Assembly (NCBI GenBank): GCA_943787795.1 | Contig: CALSNU010000001.1 | Coordinates: 320,001 to 384,000 of the forward strand | Reading direction: 5' to 3' | Length of the DNA: 64,000 nt | DNA from: an uncultured bacterium | GTDB taxonomy: Bacteria > Planctomycetota > UBA1135 > GCA-002686595 | In this document: positions 30,014-40,181 of the stretch, piece after piece | Position numbering within the stretch: position 1 is the first letter of the stretch | How the letters are laid out: each line of letters begins with the position of its first letter | Made by a program: the position numbers and the translations under genes | The notes under the pieces: generated by a model | Database searches by the model: none | Told to the model about the DNA's origin: nothing | What the model saw: the letters and a program-made list of their open reading frames with translations, nothing else

Positions 30014-31867
30014 TCAGGGCTCCAGGGCCGGCGCCATCTCGAGGTACTTCGAGAGCAACGCATCCAGCAGCCCATTGTCGATGGGCTTGGCCAGGTAGTC
30101 GTCGCAGCCCGCGTCGAGGCAGCGGCGCTGATCCTCGGCCATGGCAGAGGCCGTCAGGGCCACCACTGGCGCGATGTGTCCTGCGTCCTTGAGCTTCCTC
30201 GCCGTGGTGAACCCGTCCTGGATGGGCATGTACATGTCCAGGAGGACGAGGTCGAAGGCCCTGTCCGATCCAGCGGCCGCCATCGCTTGCTGGAAACCAT
30301 CGGAGCCGTTGTCGGAGGTCTCCACCTCGAGGCCTCTGCGCCGAAGGAGCTCGCAGAGCACCCGCACGTTGATGACATTGTCTTCCACCACGAGGATCCT
30401 CCCCTGGAACCTCGAGCCTCGCTGCGGCTCCGAAGCGGGGGCCTGGGGGCCTTGTGCGGCGACGAGCGGCAGCGAGAGGGTGAACGTGCTTCCCCGGTCG
30501 ACCTCGCTCTCGACGGTCAGGTCGCCGCCCATCCTGCGGGCGATCTCGCGCGAGATGGACAGCCCCAGCCCCGTTCCACCGAACTCTCGGGTGGTTGAGG
30601 CTTCAGCCTGCTCGAAGGGTGAGAAGATGCGTTCGAGCGAGGACTCGGGGATTCCGATGCCGGTATCGGACACGGCGATCGTGAGGCAGGTGAGCTCCGC
30701 GGAAGATGGGCTCGGTACCGAGGAGACGACAACCTCGATGCCTCCCTGCGTGCTGAACTTGGTCGCGTTGGACAGGAGGTTGGTGATGACCTGGCGGATC
30801 TTCGTGGGGTCCGACTTGATCGTCGCGGGGACGCCCTCGTCCCACTTCAGATTGAGCGTCAGGCCGGCCTCCATGACACCGTGCCGGAGGGGCTGAACGG
30901 TCCGCTTGATGAGGTCTCGGAGCTCGAAGGTGATGTGCTCAACTTCGACCTGGCCGGCCTCGATCTTGGACACGTCGAGCACGTCGTTGATGAGCGCGAG
31001 CAGGTGTTCAGCGCTACTGTGGATCGACTCGAGGGCGGAGTGCTGATCGGCCCCAAGGCCCTCCTCTTCGGCCAGCAGGTCGGAGAACCCGATGATTGCG
31101 GTGAGGGGCGTTCGGAGCTCGTGGCTCATGTTCGCGAGGAACTCCGACTTGGACCGGTTGGCCGACTCAGCCCTGGCTTGGGCGTCATGAATCGCCTCCT
31201 CGTGGCGCTTGCGCTCGGTGATGTCACGGGTGACGCCGAGCTGCACGATCTGGCCTGTTCGGTCAGCGAGAGGGACTGCGTTCGTCTCGAACCAAAGGTG
31301 CTGCCCGTTCAGACCTAGGGCTTCGAAGGTCAAGGAGCCGGTCTGGCCCTGAAGGACGCTGGCGTGCATCTCGCGGTATGCCTTGCGGTGCTCCTCGACG
31401 ATGAGGTCCTCGATCTTGGCGCCGCGCACCTGGGAGAGGGAGGTCGCCGCGATCATCTCCAGTCCCGCGGGATTCATCTGCACGAGGCGTCCCTCGGCAT
31501 CCACGATCTTCACGCACTCCGGCTGAGCCTCAATAATCGCGCTCAGGTTGCGAGTCCTCGCCGCGAGGTGTCGCCCGATGGCGGTGATGGTCTCGAGCTG
31601 CTCGGCGAAGGGACCGGAATCCACCACGCTGCGACCCTCTTCTTGGTCCCCACTCTCGATCGCCAGCATCGTTGCGTGGGCGCACTCGAGCGCGGCCACC
31701 GCGTGGCTGCAGACCCTGTTCCGCCGATAGGTGCAGACAGCGAACATCAGGGCGCCGAACGCCGTAAACGCGAGCGGCCAGGCGAGGCCTGCGAGATCCA
31801 TGGAACCAGGAGGAGGTGTTGGGAGGGGCTCATTGGCAGACCGTTGGGCCCGCCTTGATTTAGACAT
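30014..31867 (-). CDS. PAS-domain hybrid sensor histidine kinase / response regulator
   Basis: TM, PAS (QPECVKIVD...MNPAGL), FLANMSHELRTP, NLLSNATKF, DTGIGI, GGTGLGL, REC (VVEDN, LLDMYMP, KP). Confidence 0.93.
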   Translation of the reverse strand: MSKSRRAQRSANEPLPTPPPGSMDLAGLAWPLAFTAFGALMFAVCTYRRNRVCSHAVAALECAHATMLAIESGDQEEGRSVVDSGPFAEQLETITAIGRHLAARTRNLSAIIEAQPECVKIVDAEGRLVQMNPAGLEMIAATSLSQVRGAKIEDLIVEEHRKAYREMHASVLQGQTGSLTFEALGLNGQHLWFETNAVPLADRTGQIVQLGVTRDITERKRHEEAIHDAQARAESANRSKSEFLANMSHELRTPLTAIIGFSDLLAEEEGLGADQHSALESIHSSAEHLLALINDVLDVSKIEAGQVEVEHITFELRDLIKRTVQPLRHGVMEAGLTLNLKWDEGVPATIKSDPTKIRQVITNLLSNATKFSTQGGIEVVVSSVPSPSSAELTCLTIAVSDTGIGIPESSLERIFSPFEQAEASTTREFGGTGLGLSISREIARRMGGDLTVESEVDRGSTFTLSLPLVAAQGPQAPASEPQRGSRFQGRILVVEDNVINVRVLCELLRRRGLEVETSDNGSDGFQQAMAAAGSDRAFDLVLLDMYMPIQDGFTTARKLKDAGHIAPVVALTASAMAEDQRRCLDAGCDDYLAKPIDNGLLDALLSKYLEMAPALEP

Positions 31868-32100
31868 CGACACTCTGTCAGTGATTCATTAGGACTATTC
31901 CCCAATGTGGTGCATGGCCGCTCAAGCCTGATGCGCCGCGTACGCGGCCCCCCGGGTGGGCCCGAGCGATTGCGGAGCTCCCGTGGGGACGGTGATGCCG
32001 GGATCTGGCCCGAGGAGTTCGACCCGGGAAGGGGGATCCCTTGAGGAAAAGCCCGACAGGCGGAGCCCGGCAGCAGGCGCCTTACGGACGGAACCCGACA

Positions 32101-32150
32101 GTTGGAGCCCAACCGTTGGAGCCCGGCAGTTGGAGCCCGGCAGTTGGAAG
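32101..32150. repeat. 14-bp tandem repeat (GTTGGAGCCCGGCA-like, about 3.5 copies)
   Basis: Read directly; intergenic. Confidence 0.8.
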
Positions 32151-32245
32151 CGGGCAGGGTGAGCCCGCCGATGACGCTTCGGGGGAGCTGGCCCCTCGAC
32201 GGATTCCAGGGAGCGGGTGCAGCTACCGGCCGGTGCCCGGAGGCC

Positions 32246-33058
32246 CTAGACCGGCTGCTCGACGACCTTCTGGATCCGGTCCAGGAGGTAGGTCTTCAGC
32301 ATCCCCGTGCGAATGCACTCGGCTTCCAGGTAGCTCTTCTTGTGACGCTCGTAGAGCAAGCGCGGGAGGACCTGGAGGGGGGCGGGGGCTCCTGAGGTCC
32401 CGCCGTACAGCAGCGTGACCTCATCCCCGTTGCGTACCGCCTCGGTCAGCGGGCGCAGCCTCGGCTTCATTCGAGCGGGGCCGGGCAGGAAGCCGGGGAC
32501 GGTCACCGGGGTCCCGCAGTGGGTCAAGAGCTCCGCGGCGGACTCGGTCTCGGCTCGATCTGCGCACTCCTCGAGGACCTGCCAGCACCAGACGGCGTCG
32601 GCGAGCGCTCGATGGTGCGTCCCGTCCTCGAGGTCCAGGTGCTGGCAAAGCGTCTCCAGCTTGTGATCCGGTGACTCTGGGATGAACTTGCGCGCCAGCT
32701 TGAGGGTGCAGAGGAAGGGGGACGCCGAGAGGGCGACCTGGCTCCTCGCCTGCTCGAATCCGAACACGCGGGCATCGAAGCCCGCGTTGTGAGCGCAAAG
32801 CCAGTCGTTGCCGGCCCAGTCCGCGAAGCGCTGAATGGCAGAGCTCGTCAGGGGCGCCGAGCGGATGTCCTCGTTGGTGATCCCGTGGATCTCGGTGGCC
32901 TCGGGCTCGACCTCGATCGCCGGCGCCACGAGGGTCTCGAAGGAGTCGACCACCTCGCCGCCGACGACCCGCACCGCTCCAATCTCGAGGAGATGGGGAG
33001 CTCCGCTGAGGTTGGCGGTCTCCGTGTCGACGACGACGATGGGGCGATCGAGCGGCAT
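32246..33058 (-). CDS. DEDDh 3'-5' exonuclease (DnaQ-like) with C-terminal WYL-like domain
   Basis: VVDTET, AHNAGFD, HRALAD; C-terminal L-x-Y...V-x-P...YLEAEC...KTYLLDRI. Confidence 0.88.
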   Translation of the reverse strand: MPLDRPIVVVDTETANLSGAPHLLEIGAVRVVGGEVVDSFETLVAPAIEVEPEATEIHGITNEDIRSAPLTSSAIQRFADWAGNDWLCAHNAGFDARVFGFEQARSQVALSASPFLCTLKLARKFIPESPDHKLETLCQHLDLEDGTHHRALADAVWCWQVLEECADRAETESAAELLTHCGTPVTVPGFLPGPARMKPRLRPLTEAVRNGDEVTLLYGGTSGAPAPLQVLPRLLYERHKKSYLEAECIRTGMLKTYLLDRIQKVVEQPV

Positions 33059-33252
33059 GAGCGGTGGTAGCGAGGCAGGCTCGCCCGGCGCCAGGGTGGC
33101 GGTCGCGGCGAGGCGGGGACTCTAGTGGCCGGGGCCCGATCTCTCAACGTGCTGATTCGCCGCGTCCTGAGGGGGGTGGTGGGGCCCGTATCGTTTCGCG
33201 TTATGGGCGACGGGTCATTCTCGGGCGATCAAGAGCCGATAGACTCCCCGCG

Positions 33253-33675
33253 ATGGACCGCTCGTTTGAACATCACGATGCTCCCTTGCTCCTCTTCGAT
33301 GGGGAGTGCGGCCTGTGTTCCAGGGCGGTGCAGTTCATCCTCCGACGAGATCGGCGGCGTCGTATGCGGTTTGCTCCTCTTCAGACGGAGCTGGGGCGCG
33401 AGGTCATGGCCGTTCGAGGTCTCGATCCGTCCGATCTCACAACGATGGTCCTGCGCACGGAGCGTGGGGAGGTCCTGGTGCGGAGCGACGCAGCGCTCGC
33501 GGCGGCCGGCGACCTCACCTGGCCCTGGCGCTGGGCCGCGTCGCTGCGGTGGATCCCGAGGCCGATCCGGGACGCGGTCTACCGGCTCATCGCGCGGTAT
33601 CGGCACCGGATCTTCCGGCCGCCCGCGAGCTGCTTCATGCCGCAGCCCGAGGACGCTCACCGCTTCCTGGGGTGA
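33253..33675 (+). CDS. DCC1-like thiol-disulfide oxidoreductase (DUF393 type)
   Basis: LLFDGECGLC, FAPLQ, RSDAAL, RDAVYRLIARYR. Confidence 0.92.
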   Translation: MDRSFEHHDAPLLLFDGECGLCSRAVQFILRRDRRRRMRFAPLQTELGREVMAVRGLDPSDLTTMVLRTERGEVLVRSDAALAAAGDLTWPWRWAASLRWIPRPIRDAVYRLIARYRHRIFRPPASCFMPQPEDAHRFLG

Positions 33676-33684
33676 GCGTTGCCG

Positions 33685-35781
<2,097 letters not shown>

Positions 35782-35931
35782 CGGGGTGGGGGTGGGGCGC
35801 GGGTCGAGCCCGCCCAGACGATATAGGAACGACGGAGCCTTCCGACTACGGCATTCACCCTGGCCCTAAAGGTCGAGCGAGGAGGCCGGATTCCTGAACA
35901 GATGCGGACCGGAAGCGTCAACATTTCGGCC

Positions 35932-36702
35932 ATGTCACCCACAGGAGAGAGTCCCACCCCCCCCCGCGGCCGCGCAGCCGTGCTGGAGCCGTTCGAGCCC
36001 TGGGACTTCGAATCCCTGAGGCCACCGAGGAGCCGCTCCGCGGAATACAACGAGAAGCGGCTCGCAGCGCGTCGCCGTCTCGAGGCCATCGCCAAGGCGC
36101 TGACCAAGGCTTCCAGCGACGCGGCGAAGCTCGAGGTGAGGACCTCGATCCACAACCCGTTCCCGCCGGTCAACGGGGGCAGCGTGGAGCGGCTCTGGGC
36201 CTATCTCTCTCGTCCCAAGGCCCACAAGACCAAGCTCAAGCGGGAGCTCGGCGCTGACCTGGGCAAGGACCTCGATCAGGCGTACCGAAACGGATATCTT
36301 TGCGTCGCTCTCGAAGCAGATGCCCTTGAGGTGAGCTTTCGGATCCACCCCGATGCCTGGTTCGATGGGCGCAACCTGACGAGGAGGATCGATAAGGAGG
36401 GCCTGAGGCCGCTTCTCTCGCTCCTCAACGAGCTCGAGGGGTTCCGGCTGCAGCTCGCCGATTGGAAGGGCGAGTGGGTCTGCGGCGAGCTCGAGGTCGA
36501 GCGGCTCGAGGAGTTCCTTCGCTTCTACGAGCCCGGTGAGCATCTCTTGGCGGTCCAGCAACGGATGCCGGTACCGGAGTCCATGAGAGAGTCGCTCCTG
36601 ACACCGGAGTTGCCCGGCCATCTCGTCAGCGAGCTGTCGCGGCTGACCGCCCTGCGACATTATGTCTGCTGGGCGCCTGGGAACGACTTCCTGTTCAGCT
36701 GA
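35932..36702 (+). CDS. Hypothetical protein
   Basis: 256-aa ORF with typical codon bias and globular composition; no recognised motif. Confidence 0.7.
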   Translation: MSPTGESPTPPRGRAAVLEPFEPWDFESLRPPRSRSAEYNEKRLAARRRLEAIAKALTKASSDAAKLEVRTSIHNPFPPVNGGSVERLWAYLSRPKAHKTKLKRELGADLGKDLDQAYRNGYLCVALEADALEVSFRIHPDAWFDGRNLTRRIDKEGLRPLLSLLNELEGFRLQLADWKGEWVCGELEVERLEEFLRFYEPGEHLLAVQQRMPVPESMRESLLTPELPGHLVSELSRLTALRHYVCWAPGNDFLFS

Positions 36703-36828
36703 GGCTCATCCGGGGACAACTGTGTCCAGGGCCTTTCGGCATGGCCCTGTGGGAATGGCCGCAGGAAATTCTCTGCGAATCTCGGTCACGGTTGTGCGGC
36801 TTCCCGCCTGACATGCCATATTCGTCCA

Positions 36829-36990
36829 AGGTCAGGAGCAATCTTGATCGTTCTTTGACTCCGCATGGGACGAGCGTTGGCAGGCGCGACTCCCCAGCTT
36901 GGCAGGGCTGAACAGCGACCCGCAGGGTCGTGCGGAACGATGAACAGGCAGTGTTGGTGGGGGTCGTCACTCTTCGTGACGTCCCCCTCC
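36829..36990 (+). ncRNA. Candidate structured small RNA
   Basis: Hairpins GGTCAGGA-GCAA-TCTTGATC (GNRA loop), GCGACCC-GCA-GGGTCGT and terminal GGGGGTCGTCAC-TCTTC-GTGACGTCCCCC; upstream TGCCATATT resembles an extended -10. Confidence 0.35.
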
Positions 36991-37016
36991 TCTTCACCCC
37001 TTGCCAGGCACGGGGT

Positions 37017-37069
37017 CTCTGCAAGGGAGCGGGGAGGCTCTGCAAGGGAGCGGGGAGGCTCTGCAAGGG
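37017..37069. repeat. 21-bp tandem repeat x2.5 (CTCTGCAAGGGAGCGGGGAGG)
   Basis: Read directly. Confidence 0.85.
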
Positions 37070-37214
37070 CGCGGGCCGTCCCGAACCCAGAGGTCTCCGC
37101 GGCCAGCTTGGATTGAGGGCGGGGTGGCCTCGCGGGGCCCCATCTCCACAGGGACTCAGGGATCCTGCGGGTCAAGCGCTCGTGATCCCGGGCCGACGAC
37201 CTACCCTCCGGGGC

Positions 37215-38630
37215 GTGAAGCGTGTCCTTTTTGGATTGATGCTGGTGGTCGCCGCTCTGCTGCTTCCGGATTGCAGCGGGCGGCGCCTGGGAGAGCTCGC
37301 GGCCGCGCCCCTGGGCGATCGAGACATGATCCTCGTGGTGGCTGACTCTTTCGATGGCAGCCACGCCGGCTTCGCGGGCTACGAGCTTGAGACGACCCCC
37401 TTTCTCGATGAGCTCGCGGCATCGGGCGCGTTCCTCGAGCGGGCGATCTCCCAGACCTCATGGACGCTCTCATCAGTGGTGAGCCTGTTCACCGGCGTCG
37501 AGCAAGAGACGCATGGGGTGATGCAGATCCAGGAGTCGCTGCCTGGGGAGGGACTCTCGACGCTCGGCGAGCTCTTCCAGCGGCGCGGCTACCGAACGGT
37601 GGGGCTGGTGCAGAACGCCGTGATCGCGGAGGGGACCGGACTCGGGAGGGGCTTCGATCGGTATGACTCCATGCCGTTCTCCGAGGAGGGCGCCGAGCGG
37701 CTGATCAAGGAGGTTCGAGCCCTCATGGCGTCAACGGAACGGGACCAGCCGCTGTTCCTCTACATCCACCTGGGGCCGCCGCACATGCCCTATCAACCGC
37801 CGGAGCCCTTCCGTTCACGCTTCTCGGGTGGGGCCCTTGATAGCCTGGTTGACGGTTCCATCCGCGATACCACCGACATCATGGTGGAGGGGAGCTCTCC
37901 TGGCCATCCGGATGTGGTCCGCCTCGTGGAGCTCTACGACGGCCACGTCGCCTACGCGGATTCGGTGATCCGACGCTCGGTCAGAGCCGTCGAAGCCGGA
38001 GACCGTCGCGAGCTCCCGGTGGTGCTCGTCACCTCGGACCACGGCGAGGCCTTCATGCAGCACGGAGCCGTCGGGCACAGCCTCTTCTGCTACGAGCCCA
38101 TGATCCGGATCCCGTGGATCCTCTCGGCGCCCGGCGTGCCGATCGACGGGCGCCGGGTCACCGGGACCGGGTCCCTGCTCGATGTCTTGCCGACCCTGGT
38201 CGAGCTCTTCGGGCTCCCGCGTCCCGACCAACCGATGTCCGGCGTCTCGCTCGTCCCGGAGCTACTGGAGGGAGGGCGCATCGAGGATCGACCGCTCCTG
38301 ATCTCCTCCCGGTACCCGCAGCCCGGGAAGGAGGCGCAGTTCGCCTTGGTCGAGGGTCCCTGGAAGCTCGTGGTGCGTCGGCGGGGTCAGTCGTCCCAGC
38401 TCTTCCATACGGCCGAGGATCCCGACGAGCTGACTGACGTCTTCGCCCTGCACCCGGCGCGAGCGGCTCGCATGGAGGCCGCCCTCGAGGCGCGCCGCGC
38501 CGAGTTCCGTGGCAGCGGACCCGCGGCGCGGCGGGAGCTCCCGGAGCATCTGCTGCGGGAGCTAGATGCCCTGGGATACGGGGGGCAGGAGGGGGACGGC
38601 GGTCAGCGTGGTTCCCTCAAGGGTCGTTGA
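37215..38630 (+). CDS. Sulfatase-like / alkaline phosphatase superfamily hydrolase, exported
   Basis: ILVVADS, TPFLDELA, SWTLSSVVSLFTG, PHMPY, YDGHVAYAD, TSDHGE, LDVLPT, LDALGY. Confidence 0.88.
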   Translation: MKRVLFGLMLVVAALLLPDCSGRRLGELAAAPLGDRDMILVVADSFDGSHAGFAGYELETTPFLDELAASGAFLERAISQTSWTLSSVVSLFTGVEQETHGVMQIQESLPGEGLSTLGELFQRRGYRTVGLVQNAVIAEGTGLGRGFDRYDSMPFSEEGAERLIKEVRALMASTERDQPLFLYIHLGPPHMPYQPPEPFRSRFSGGALDSLVDGSIRDTTDIMVEGSSPGHPDVVRLVELYDGHVAYADSVIRRSVRAVEAGDRRELPVVLVTSDHGEAFMQHGAVGHSLFCYEPMIRIPWILSAPGVPIDGRRVTGTGSLLDVLPTLVELFGLPRPDQPMSGVSLVPELLEGGRIEDRPLLISSRYPQPGKEAQFALVEGPWKLVVRRRGQSSQLFHTAEDPDELTDVFALHPARAARMEAALEARRAEFRGSGPAARRELPEHLLRELDALGYGGQEGDGGQRGSLKGR

Positions 38631-38653
38631 CCCGCCTCCCCCCGGCAGCACTC

Positions 38654-39370
38654 TCAGCTGGCGCGCTGCTCTGGAACCTGCAGCTCCTGACGCATGCGGT
38701 ACCCGACGGACCAGACGGTCTCGATGTGGTCGGAGTTGCCGTCGCTGTCGCCGAGCTTGGACCGGAGCCGGCGCACGTGGAGGTCCACGGTGCGCTCATC
38801 GCCGCGGAAGTCGTGGCCCCAGACATGGTCCAGGAGCTCAGCTCGCGTCCACGCGCGGCCCGGGTGGCGGAGCAGGAAGGAGAGGAGGTCAAACTCCCTC
38901 GGCTTCAGGCGCAGTATCCGCTCTCCGCGACCCGCCACGACGCGCTCCAGGTCCATCCAGAGGTCCAGGTGGCGCACGAACCCGCCGGTGGGCTTGCGTC
39001 CGGACCGGCGCAGGATGCTCCGGACCCGGGCGATGACCTCGCCGAGGTGATAGGGCTTGAGCACGTAGTCGTCGGCGCCAGCGTCGAGCCCGTCGATGCG
39101 GGCCTCGGGCTCCCGTCGTCCGCTCACGATGACGAGGGGAATCGAGCGGCCTGCCTTGCGCAGCTCGCGGCAGAGATCGATGCCGTCCCCGTCCGCGAGG
39201 GAGGGCTCCAGTACGATCGCGTCGAAGTGCCGCTCAAGGGCCTGGCGGGCGCTCTCAAGGTCCACGGCCGCCTCGGCGTCGTGGCCCTCTTTCCGGAGTG
39301 CGTCCATGAGTTCTGCGCGCTCGCGGGGATCTTCTTCCACCACCAGGACGCGGATGTTCGTCGTTACCAT
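38654..39370 (-). CDS. OmpR/PhoB-family response regulator with atypical receiver domain
   Basis: REC plus winged helix (REFDLL, RAELLDHVWG, RTVDLHVRRLRSKL, IETVWSVGYR); phosphoacceptor position reads E. Confidence 0.92.
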   Translation of the reverse strand: MVTTNIRVLVVEEDPRERAELMDALRKEGHDAEAAVDLESARQALERHFDAIVLEPSLADGDGIDLCRELRKAGRSIPLVIVSGRREPEARIDGLDAGADDYVLKPYHLGEVIARVRSILRRSGRKPTGGFVRHLDLWMDLERVVAGRGERILRLKPREFDLLSFLLRHPGRAWTRAELLDHVWGHDFRGDERTVDLHVRRLRSKLGDSDGNSDHIETVWSVGYRMRQELQVPEQRAS

Positions 39371-39502
39371 TTCAATTCTGGCCCCGGGAAGAGGGCTGCG
39401 AGAGTAGCTTGCGTGGCAGGCGTAAGCGTCACCGTGTAGGGGATGATACTTACCCCTGTAGGTATAAACTGGATCTGACTGTTCCCATCAAGTGTCCATC
39501 CG

Positions 39503-40084
39503 ATGAATCTGGAAACCCAATTTGAGACCGAGCCTGAGGGCCCCGAGAGCCCCGGTCTCGCGCTCTGGCAGAAGATCGCCCTCGCCTTCGCTCTGGTGAG
39601 CACCCTCGCGGGGTTGGCCCTCGGAGGATTCGGTTCCGAGCCGGCTGGCGTGAGCGCGGCGAGCCCGCAGAGCTCTCCATCGCAAGGCGCCGAGGCGCCG
39701 GGTCTCAAGGTGGACTCGTTCGCAGCTCAAGGGACCGATCCAGCAGCGCCTGCGGAGGAGCCCGAGGCCTCCGGCGTATGGGCCCCGCTGCTCGCCAAGG
39801 GGGGGCTGAGCTTCTTCCTCGCCTTCTGCGTGGGCTACGCCATGCGGGCCGCGCTGAAGATCCTCTTCCTCTCCGTGGGCCTCGCCACCCTGGCCGTCTT
39901 CGGGTTGCAGTACGCCGGCATCCTCAGTGAGGTCCAGTGGGACCGGTTGTCCGAGTTCTGGGAGGTCGGGGTGGCCGCGGCGAGGGAGCAGATGGATGGC
40001 CTGCAGGCCTTTGTCTCGGGCAAGCTGCCCTCCGCGGCTTCCGGTACGCTCGGACTCTTCACGGGCTTCCGCCGGACGAGCTGA
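39503..40084 (+). CDS. FUN14-like membrane protein
   Basis: GGLSFFLAFCVGYAMRAALK...LQYAGI...VQWD...LPSAASGTLGLFTGF. Confidence 0.8.
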   Translation: MNLETQFETEPEGPESPGLALWQKIALAFALVSTLAGLALGGFGSEPAGVSAASPQSSPSQGAEAPGLKVDSFAAQGTDPAAPAEEPEASGVWAPLLAKGGLSFFLAFCVGYAMRAALKILFLSVGLATLAVFGLQYAGILSEVQWDRLSEFWEVGVAAAREQMDGLQAFVSGKLPSAASGTLGLFTGFRRTS

Positions 40085-40181
40085 GCAGCGCTCCCGGCGG
40101 GGTCCTCGACCCGGCCTGGGCGGGCGACCTCAGCGGGTCGTACCGGGTCCTGGCCCTCTCCGTTCCCCCGGGGTACCTCAA

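Noticed and set aside
32040..32100. GAGGAAAAGCCCG as RNase P RNA
   Set aside because: Differs from the conserved GAGGAAAGTCC and no matching 3' P4 element was found.
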